A stretch of DNA of 64,000 bases. Origin: Utricularia gibba (Eukaryota > Plantae > Magnoliophyta). This document shows, piece after piece, positions 26,241 to 36,655 of the stretch. Each line of letters begins with the position of its first letter. Position 1 is the first letter of the stretch. The notes under the pieces are model-generated. The model saw nothing but the letters and a program-made list of their open reading frames with translations, made no database searches and had not been told where the DNA came from. The stretch spans positions 1,240,001 to 1,304,000 of the forward strand of contig NEEC01000020.1 in the NCBI GenBank assembly GCA_002189035.1, in the 5' to 3' direction. The position numbers and the translations under genes are program-made.

Positions 26241-28974
26241 AAATCAAAAGAAAAATTTCTAAACTCGTAACGAGAAAATTCACATGAGAAAAGATAGGCT
26301 TAAAACACTTAATGTATTTATTTATTTTCCTTAAAAGATGTTTTTTCATACTTCATTTTTTGTTACTTAAATCAGAAAAGTGACAACTCTACTTATATTT
26401 TGTTCTATGAGAAGGAAAAAAGGAGTAGAGATCTTGTGATCAATCTAAAGAACAATTAATTAGGTATGAATGTGGTTTGATAGCTATTATCAGTTTATCT
26501 AGCTATTGCCAAGGTTGTGCTTTGTGTATAAGCTATTTTTTTGTAGTATTGAAGCATGCGAATGAGTTTGATTATTAGACACTATCATGTAAAATTATTT
26601 ATCTTTTGTAAATCTATGTCAAAGTTGCTTCATAAATAGTTTTGTTGTGTTATTGTCTTCCTAAAAAGTTATCCTTAATTCACAAGTCATCTAATTGTTC
26701 GGTTAGTATTTCTTAAACTTTAAAAACACATTAACTTGATAATTCATGCATATGTCTAGAGAATCTAACAAACTAAGTGAAAGAAAACTTTAAATTCTAG
26801 TAGTAGGATACTAGAACTTGGTGGTCTCATCTTGTATCTCCTAGTATATATATGAGATGTTACAAAAATTGACAAACTTCTTAAAGGAGGCAATGAATAC
26901 ACTCATGATTGTCATAATCTCAAGTCACAATGAGCCCACATTGCGCTTTAGTGCATAACCATTGGGCATTTTGCTAATTTACATATCTAAAAACCCCAAA
27001 ACCCATTCCTTCTCCTAATTCTCAGTTTTGGGTATTTTAATAGTTCAAACTCTTTCCTAAACAATCATTTATGATAGAGCTAAGCTTGAACCTCAACTTA
27101 ATCAAGGCCATAATTTTCCAAGCCTTACATGATTAATTGTACTCTAAATGACATCTAGATTGATCAATTATATTCTTTACTATTTCGACAAAACCAATCG
27201 ACTTAGGACAGTTTAAGGAGTGCTTCGCTAACAAATCCTCAAATACCCACAAGCCCTTAGACTTCTTGCATAGTGACAACTTTCATTTGAATATTCAAGA
27301 GAACTCAAAAATTGAAAAATGATTCGTTGCTCGGTCATCAAATCCAGCGGAGACTTTCATTCGACAAGCAACTTGGACTTAGTACCGTGTACTTAAGATG
27401 TTTGTGTTATTGACGTAAAAGATTGATGAATGGAAAAAGCTTAACAAATGGAATCTTCGGTCATTCCAACTCCCTTGATAATGTGCATACCGCTATTACA
27501 TTGTCTAGATGCTCATGGGGGTTTTCTCCAATTTTTCCATAGAACTTGGGCAAAAAATTGATCATCGCCGGTTTTAGCTTGTTTGCTCCATACTTTGGAA
27601 ATCTGATGCACAGACCCCTATAAGTGTCATCAGCAGCATCTAATTCATTCAAGGTCTTCTCAGGTTCAACCATTCTGAAACTATTGTTGGTCTCGAGTGG
27701 GAGCTGCCTCAATCTACTCGCTTCCCTAACTTTGACCCTGTTCTTGGTGATAGCTCACTCAATTTCTGGTTCTAAGCTCAGACTAGCAGTCGCAAGTATG
27801 TTCAGTAAACTAAATCAGGTTTCAATGTGAAAAGTAACAAGTACTGGTTCTAACTCAAAATATTACGTAGATGCCTTAAGGGTCTGCAGGTGGTGTGGTG
27901 CTAAAATGTCTAAATTAAATTACCATGTTCCTACACACACAACTTCAAATCACTTAGGTCTACCCAGGTCATTCATCATATTTTTGGCTAAGCTAGTCCC
28001 CAATGTCATCACCAATCTTACAATTAGGTCTACCCGCATGCAAAGTGTATAGAACTAGGTCTACCCGGTTCTATTGGTTCTACCCGGACTCGCACCTACT
28101 GCGCCCGCCTTGATTTGTCAGTCTACCTCTAAACCAAGATTCTTAGTTGTGAAGTTACTTGTTCTCCTCCTTAGGTCTACCCATAGCTTGATAGAAATAA
28201 GAGCTAAGAAACAATGATAAATTTTATTAAGACTCCTAGACCTACACCACTATGATTCACCTTAAGGCACCCCTAAGGTTCTAGCTACTCATACTTGGTA
28301 GGTAAAACGTAATGGCATTAACATAGAGCAGCGAAAATATTAAGAACATCGTACAAAAGTCGGTTGTAGAAGCTAAGAACATAAACAAACGAAAATAAAG
28401 CAGTAGAGTTCTGGTTTTCGTCTACTACTGTTTACAGATCGGAACAAAAGTGCTAAACTGGGTGTTGATCTTCTTCCTTCATACTGGAGGTTCTTCTCCA
28501 GAAAAATCGCCTTTCTTTCTCCTTCTCCTTCAGTATTCTTCATGCTCGAGTTGGGGGAAACCCCCTCGTGCGTGTTCTGCAAACTACTGGTCGTTTTTTC
28601 CCGCTTTGCGACTCTCTCTCCTCCTCATCTTTCTCTCACCTCCCACTGCTCAAGGCAAGTACATTTTCTGACAAATCTACTACTCCTAGCCCTGACTTGC
28701 AGATTGCCGCCGTGATAGTGTACTCATTTCCCCCTGCAGCCTGGTGACTTGCACGAAATCTAGATTTCTTTCTTAACTTTTAGGTTGCTGCTAGACTCCA
28801 AAATCGGTTTAGACATGGGGTGAGCTAAATCCTTTGATTTATCCCACAAATACACCAAAAATCATATTTTCCCTCATCAAATAAAAATACTTAAAACTAT
28901 AAAATTAACACTTAAAAATAATTAAAACTTTATGATTTTTCATATCCTAAAACATGAAAATTTGTGTGTTATCA
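26240..28974 (-). mobile_element. Rearranged Athila-like Gypsy remnant: LTR (28974-~27770) fused directly to a gag N-terminal fragment (~27770-27460), followed by unassigned internal sequence
   Basis: The LTR is homologous to the 10567-11683 solo LTR. Minus-strand EPEIE...LKPAMINFLPKFYGKIGENPHEHLDNVIAVC is typical of an Athila/retrotransposon gag N-terminus. The left boundary is uncertain. Confidence 0.75.
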
Positions 28975-30527
28975 CCATATGTGCATTAGTAGCCATGCCT
29001 AGGGAGATCATTTAACGCCTCCTATGTATACGAGTTGTTGATTTGTTAGCTTGTGGTGTGCTCCATCAATGAACCGTGGGAATTTTACACAAAGAGTAAT
29101 ATTTTCAAAATCCATTCACCATCATCCTAACTATATTTGTCATTTTGTACACCTCAACCATTTTAATCATTAAAAAAGTATATTTATAATTTACCATTTT
29201 ATATATTAATAAAATAACAATATTTGTTTACCTCATCTACCCAACCTATCTTAAAAAATTCTCAGGAATGTAAATTATAAATGAGGCTTCTTTTTGTAAA
29301 ATTCCCAAAGTTGGAACCGGTCTTGGAATCTTATATTGACATTGAATCAAAAAATGAAGATGGGGGTGTGCAATCAAAACATATCTATTCTTCAAATACA
29401 TATGAAAGTTCTGAAGAAAAAGCTAGTAGTGAGAAGTCCATTAATAAAAATGATATATTATATGATACTGATGAGTCATCTGATGATGGGAGTGATGAAC
29501 TTGATTACAATCCTGATGTTAATATGGAGTCAATGCTTATAGATTCCTTAGTAGAATTATTCGATTTACTTACTATGATGGCACATGTGGAGAGCCTCTT
29601 AAATAAAAATACTTTAGAGATAAGAAATAAATGAAGACAGCTTTATTCTTCTATGCAATTGAAAGATTAAAGCACCCGTTTAAGGTCTACAAATCAAGTA
29701 ATTCTCAATATGAAATTCATTTTTTGCATAGGTAAACTATTGTGAAATGCATGTGGCATGTCAGAGTTATCTTCAGTAAAGTAACACATGTTTGAGTAGT
29801 TTCATAGTATGATGGACCTCATACATGTTTCACTAGTAGTTCCCATTCTACTCGTCATGCGAATGTGCGAACAAATGTCATTGTAGCAGCAATTATGGAG
29901 ACTCTCAAAATGGATCCTAATATTCCTGTTTCTGATGTAATCACATTGATGGAAAATCAACTTAAGACTAAACCAACATACAAGAGACCATGACTTTGAA
30001 TTAAGTGTGTTATTCGAGATTTATATAGCACATGAGAAACCTCGGTGCTTACTTGCCAACATATCTAAAAGCTATTCAAGATGCTACGGCAGGTATTTCA
30101 TATTGTTGTTACTCTACATGTTTGAATAAATATTTAATGGGTCATGTTTGGTTTTGGAACATCACGTTTTATTTTTTCATGATAATAGTTCATCACGTTA
30201 CAAAATTATTATATTGGAATATTGCGTTTTACAAATTACTCTATTAGAACATCATGTTTCAAAAATTACTCTAAAATTCAACGAGATGGATGGTGGAGAA
30301 TGAAGCTAATGATAGTTTGATCTTGAGCTTGCATTCAATGCAATGAGATCTTGAGTTTTGTATTCAATTCAATTTAACATTTGTCACTCTTCAGGTGGTC
30401 GGAGCAAATAAAGGTGGTGTGCTTATACTCCTTGAAGAGCTTCTAGAAAAGGAACTTTCATTGAGATTTGTGGAGGTGGACGAGGAGCAAACATGTCTTG
30501 TTTTGAGCAACCAGTGAGATCACCGAG

Positions 30528-33000
30528 ATGGACAGTGGAGGAGCTGAAACTAAAAGTGATAATGATATGGGTGATATACCAATATTGGAGGATGATGACT
30601 ATCAAAATACAGACGATGGAATTGATTGGAGCGAGAATGACATTGATAGCAAGCTACAATTTAAAGAATGGAAACTTGTTAAAGCGGAAGATTGGGATTC
30701 TCGTGAGCTTCAAATTGTGCCGTTCATAGTTAGTGCAGATGATCTCAACCGGGTATTCTGTCCTAACTATCCTACATTTCGGCCTAATGATAGTTTGACA
30801 GAAGATTCTATCACGTACATCCCTTGCTGCTACTTGAACTATTTTTTTACTTCTTGAATATAGTATTCTTCAACACGTATTGCTTACAAATTTATAATTG
30901 TAGAGGTGGGATTCAATTTGCTTCAAAGGCTGATTGTACTCTTGAATATAATTGTATAGACGAGGGCTTTGCATTCCACGTGTCCAAAAATAATACACAG
31001 CTTTTGAAATTTGTATGTGGTACTCGGAAAGGTCATGCGTATCAGAAAGAGGGTACTCAAACTAAAGAGGTGATTATTCTTTTTATTGGTATTGTTTTGT
31101 GTGTATTAAATAAGCTACTGATTAGCATTCTTTATTTAGGAGCAGACTGAACAATGTACGTGGTTTGTATTGGTATCTCGTTATAAGCACTCTAATACAT
31201 GGTTGACATCATACATGAATCTATGCCACAAAGAAGATTGCCACCCTATTCGAAAGAACCGTGAGGTAAGATCAAGTTGGATCGCACAAAGATTCCTACA
31301 TAGATTCATTCAAAAGTTTGGGATTACTGTTTCAGAGCTCCATCGTGAGATTTTTTATGCTATTTCTATGGATATAAGTAAGGCCACTTTGCACAGAGCT
31401 CGCAAGAAAGCAAATGAAATTATTTTTGGGAGACGAGTTGAGGAATTTAGTCGATTGAGGGATTATAGGGAGAAGTTTCTCGAGTCAAACCTGGGAAGCA
31501 CCTTTGTTATTGATGCTGAACCCATATCTGACAAAGAAGAAATATTCAAGTCATGCTATATCTGTCTGATTGGTTTACTACAAGGTTGGAGGGCATGTTG
31601 TAGGTGTTCATTGGCATTGATGCATGCCATGTGAAAACATAGGCTGTCGACTTCATATTTGTTGCTGTCGGGTTGGATCCAAACAACGGTACATATTCGT
31701 TTGCATGGGCCATAGTTGGGAAAGAACACAAAGCCAATTGGATGTGGTTTTGGGGGCTGTTGCGCAAAGATTTAAATATGGACAGACTAGATGAGGTATG
31801 CTTCATGTTAGATCGTGATGTCTCTATTCGGGAATCAGTTGCAAGTCTTTTTCTGGGCTGTGAGGTAATATAAATTGCGTTAAGCATTGTCGTTTACAGC
31901 TATATGTGTTAATGAAATGATTGTTGATGTAGCATTGCCATTGCGTCAGGCATATTCAGCAAAATCTAAAAGGGAAACCTGGAGGGAAATTGAATGCTTG
32001 TAATCAAGTTAGAAGGATTGTCGAACAAGGTACTAGAACTGGATGGGAGGCTGAAATGCGGGCACTTATGAAGATGAATCTGAAAGTTTATACCTATATG
32101 TTTCGAATCCCACCAAAGCATTGGTGCTATGTTTTTTTTAGGCATTCTACTAGGTCGGATGCCTTGTTGAACAACATGACTGAGTCATTCAATGCAGCAT
32201 TACTTGGATCACATTCAAAGTCAATCATCACACTATTAGAGGCAATACGGGTCTTATTGTGTGAGCACATAGTGGCACGCCGTGTCAATGATGAACAAAT
32301 GAAGCATATGATTTGCTCGCATATAATGGGAATTTTAGGGGAAGAAGCTAAGAAAGGAATGGTGGGTTGCATCCGTAGTCTCGATGAGATCGAGACAGTG
32401 GACTTGGCAACGAAAGTTTGTAGTTGCGGTATTTGACAGCTAAGAGGTTAGTACGCCATTAATTTATCGGCTTTCCATTTAACATTGTGAAAACATCTAA
32501 TAGTTCTTTGTTACAGGTTTACCATGTAGTCATGCTATGACTGTATTTGACGTATTGGGCAGGCCTTTGCATGCTTTTGTTGACAGCTGCTACTATATTG
32601 AAACATACAATGAGGTTTATGCCTACTCACTTCATGGTGTGCCTGGACCAGCTAGGTGGCCATCAACCACTATGACAGCAATGTTGCCACCTAAGTATAG
32701 TAAAGAACATCGAGGAAGGCCACCTAACCATTGCATTAGGCGATGCTATGAGAAGCGTGCATCCACAAAAGAAAGCAAACGTTTTAGACATGGCAACATT
32801 GTGCCACAGGGATGCTCTTGGTGTGGGCAAATTAGCCACAACACTCAACGTTGTGAGGAGCGGAAGAAATTTGAAGCTAGTTGCAACACTGGAGATACTG
32901 ATGATGGTTCAATAAAGGTAAAAACCTATACTATATGTATATACCATAGTGATGTATTGGGTAACTTGTTTGATCATCATGGCAATGTCAGGTATGCTCC
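30528..33000 (+). pseudogene. MuDRA-like transposase pseudogene of the inner MULE
   Basis: EEFSRLRDYREKFLESNLGSTFVI; IDACHVK..FVAVGLDPNNGTYSFAWAIVGKEHKANWMWF; HCHCVRHI; LLNNMTESFNAAL; SWIM DLATKVCSCGI..LPCSHA; knuckle CSWCGQISHNTQRC. Contains frameshifts and stops. Confidence 0.88.
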
Positions 33001-33599
33001 ATTTTTAATGCACCAGGCCACAAAGCGTGGCGATGTCCAGTCAAACAACAAGCTCGAGCAGCTGCCAAACGAACACGACAAGGAGAACCTCGAGAGACAA
33101 CTCAAGACGAAGAGAGACATATTGATATGCCTACTGAGAGAGCGGGAACTCCACTCGAGTTTGAGGTATTTTAAACATGTATAGGCATGAACATTGTTTG
33201 TGTTTGTTTAACATGAAGGTAAAAATCTTGAAATTGCCGAATTGGCCACAGGTTAGTAGTGGCATCAAAGATGTTGATGTTCCACCCGTCATTCCTAGAA
33301 CACCAGTTTCACCGAAGACCAGTGGAGCGCCAAATGATATGCCAGAAGAGCATGGATCCAGAATTGAGAAGAAGATACATTATGATGCTGTAGTATTTAA
33401 TACTTTTTTCATGTTATTGATAATAATATTGAAATTATGGCTACATAGTCGAATAAAAGACCACGCCATGATGATGAAGTTGGGCCACAAGTGTCGGTAA
33501 AGGCGCGAACAAAGGTAGTTGTCCAGATTGCAATAGGCAATGATTGCAACATGAAAAGCACAATCAAGGACAACCATACACCGCTAAGCAAAAACATTA

Positions 33600-34620
33600 G
33601 GTCACGAGGTTTGAAGATCCAGGAAAAAAATAAGTGCGCTCCACACTACGTGTCTATGGGATGTTGGATGACATGATGTTCGATTATGCTTTGGTGTAAG
33701 TTAGCATAGTTTATTCTTTTTGCATATGATTATGAGAAGTTAACATTTTAGTCTTTATATTGGTTGTAGGAAAATTGTTTGCTCATTTCCGCTTGTGATT
33801 CAAGAAATGCATGAATTCACTAGTTGCCAATAATATGACACTACTGAGATGCGAAGACAAAGGAATTTAGGGCCATTATTTGCATGAAGAAGAACATTTA
33901 CCACCTCATATTTTGTCGTTCCCACTGTTTCGAGGTTAGTATGTCAATGGAGTACAATGGTCAATTTTTAAGGAATAGTTAGCTATTATGTATTAAATGC
34001 AGGGGACATTTTTGGTTGTTAATCATGTGTAACTTCGACTTTGATAATTCGGAGCAGCATTGCATTCTCTACTTAGATTCATTGGGTTCTACCAATATGA
34101 TAGAGGCGAAGGCTGAAGAATTGCGAATGTAGGAATATTTTGTGATTCAAACATATATGTACATATGAGTTAATTATTTTTTTTCCAACATATTCACAAG
34201 TTTATATGGCATGTATACCAGAGTAGGGTCTCAAACTCTTCCATGGATAAGGAAACTGTCAAGAGTACTCCTCTTATTCCAATTAAGGTAAGGCATTAGG
34301 ATTACATGCATTAAAATATTATCTGATTATTGATAACATTCCATGTACCATGCCAACAAGGGCTAACTGAGTGCGGCATTTATGTTCCTTCATTATATCC
34401 GTGGGTTCATGACAGAAGTTCCATGTACTATCACACCTACTTCCGACATTGGTTGGGTACGTGAAGGTTTCAATGACAATGAGGGTAGTTGTTCCTCATA
34501 CAAATCAATTACGTTTTTATTCATGATGCAGATGAGTCCCACATAGTTTGATGAAGAAGACGTGAAACGATTTGCAATGGAAGAAGATTTGATGACATTG
34601 GTTAGACAGGTCAAGAAATG
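33600..34620 (+). pseudogene. Ulp1/peptidase C48 (SUMO-protease-like) gene relic inside the inner MULE
   Basis: Spliced segments give FVVPTVSR|GHFWLLIMCN...HCILYLDSLG (His codon 34007-09), and VPCQQGLTECGIYV (Cys codon 34372-74) followed by frameshifted LHYIRGF. Upstream stops and one apparently mutated acceptor. Confidence 0.75.
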
Positions 34621-34784
34621 TGAAAAAGTTGATATAAAAGACAGTCATGCGATACATTTTATGTCAAATATGTCAGTTTTTTATTACTTTGGTTTCATTA
34701 CTTTACAAAAAATTAATAGACTTTCATTTGTTAATCTTGAGGGTCGACGTTCAGATCCACCATCATCATGTCATTTTCAACTCT

Positions 34785-35025
34785 CATAACCCACGTCTGT
34801 GTGCCACGCCCATACGGTATGCATAAACAAGCGAAAAACAACGCATTCGATCCTTGAAATACGTGGGTTATGGGCAACCCACGTCCATGTGCCACGCGCA
34901 TACGATATGAAAAAAGGGAAAAACAACGCATTCGATCCTTAAAATACATAACGATCGCATGCACACGGAAGTGCGTTACCCATAACCCACATCCGTGTGC
35001 CATGCACATACAGTATGACAAAAGG
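34785..35025. repeat. Three dispersed-tandem copies of a ~50-bp unit (AACCCACGTC.GTGTGCCACGC.CATAC..TATG)
   Basis: Copies begin near 34785, 34876 and 34981. AAAACAACGCATTCGATCCTT is also duplicated, and ACGTGGGTTATG (34861-72) is the inverted copy of 34785-96. Confidence 0.8.
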
Positions 35026-35675
35026 GAAAAAATTGTGTTATAAAGCACAAGCAAAAATAATGTGACTTTGTGTTTGAACTGGATAGCAGGACGCTGACCG
35101 AAGAATGGCCCATGGAGTCTCTAAAATTCACCAAATTGGTGAGACACCGATTGAATACTTTGTTGTGCTGCCGAACAGTCAAAACGTGGACCTCAACTAC
35201 TTGAATTTGAGACCCAACAATGGGTCTACGATCTAAATTTTGTAAGTTGGTGTAGAAAATATTCACAAGTTGAGGAAGAAACTTCGTAGTTGGAACAAAC
35301 AATTTATGATGTATCTTAAATAAAAAAAACTAGTCTTTTTACTATAAAAACAACAAAAACTTAGAAATAAAGTGTATTTGGGAGTTGAAAACCTTGTTAT
35401 ACATTTAGTTTGAAAAACTGAAGTTTGTAAAATGTTTTCAAATGTTTTTAACAAACGTTTGTGTGTAAAATGAGAAAATATGGAAAGGTTTGTATACCTT
35501 TTGATTTTTTCTCTTTAATATAATTAATATATTAAATCTAATCAATATGAAATTTCGTATCATTGGATCATGGCTGCTTTTATTTAGAAAATATGTTTTC
35601 AAACAAAAGAGATTTCATAATTTCCTAATTTCATGTGAATTTTTAGCTAAATTCATTATGTATTTAATGCAAAAA

Positions 35676-36181
35676 GGGAAAAATCATTTTTTAAGTCACA
35701 ATATTTTAGTTATTTTAATTTTGCAGTCAAATATTTTAACTTGTTCAAAATTCAGTTAACAAGTTTACAAATAAACTCAATTTATGGCATTTCGGTCAAA
35801 AAATATTTTAAAAATTATTATAATTTGAGATATATATTTTTAAATAGAATTAAAATTCAATATATATTTTTAAAAATATACTAAATTTTTTAAAATTATT
35901 TTTCTCAATTTTTAATATTTCTTCTATGATACTTTTAATTTTTTTAATAGTTTGAATAATTTTTAAAAAATTTACAATATTTTTTAAAAATGTATATTAA
36001 ATTTTAAATCTCTTTAAAAATATTTATCTCAAATTTTAAAAATTTTAAAAATAGTTTTTAATCGATATGCCATAAATTGAATTTATTGATAAACTTATTG
36101 ACTGTATTTTGCATAAATTAAAGTGTTTGACAGTAAAATAAAAATAGGTAAAATATTGTGACTTCAAAAACGATTTTTCCC
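35676..36181. mobile_element. Mutator-type foldback MITE (506 bp, ~210-bp TIRs, 9-bp TSD)
   Basis: GGGAAAAATCATTTTTTAAGTCACAATATTTT... versus the reverse complement of the right end, GGGAAAAATCGTTTTTGAAGTCACAATATTTT...; the alignment continues ~200 bp. TSD ATGCAAAAA (35667-75) and ATGTAAAAA (36182-90). Confidence 0.88.
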
Positions 36182-36338
36182 ATGTAAAAATTTATTTAAA
36201 ATTCAAAATGTTGTCAAAATAATGCATATAATTTGATTAAAATGTATCTTCAAAATGTATATCATAAAAAATTAATTTCGTAATTTTTTGAAGTATACTG
36301 ATTTTTTTAAAATTAAAAAACCAAAATTGTCATTTTTT

Positions 36339-36655
36339 AAACGTGATGTATTGTTAGAGTAACTTTCTTAAAACGTGATGCACTGGCATTGTAATTTATG
36401 AAACGTGATGTGCAAATGAGTAATTTTTGAAACGTGATGTCCTGTTTTAGTTATTTTTTAAACATGATGCGCCGTTAAATTAACTTTTAAAACGTGGACT
36501 TTTTTGATATTTTTTGTAATGTGATGCATTGTTTTGTAATTTTTTAAACATGATGCATCATTATTGTTAAATTTAAACGTGATGCATTATAGAAGCAACT
36601 TTTGATAAACGTAATACATCAAAAATATGATTTTCCCATATTTTTAAACATGATG
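36339..36655 (-). repeat. Array of ~10 AAAC(G/A)TGATG motifs at ~30-bp spacing; the inverted array CATCACGTTT lies at 30160-30260
   Basis: Motif starts at 36339, 36371, 36401, 36430, 36460, ~36490, ~36515, 36546, 36575, 36607, 36646; left end at 30160, 30191, 30220, 30250. Confidence 0.9.

Larger units (their letters stand above)
30139..36637 (+). mobile_element. Nested (inner) MULE carrying transposase and Ulp1-like protease genes; poorly matching termini with phased subterminal motifs
   Basis: Bounded by GGG (30139) and CCC (36637; the end could be as far as ~36665). Inverted CATCACGTTT/AAACGTGATG arrays at both ends. Flanks ATATTTAAT and ATATTTTTA give only a weak TSD. Confidence 0.7.
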
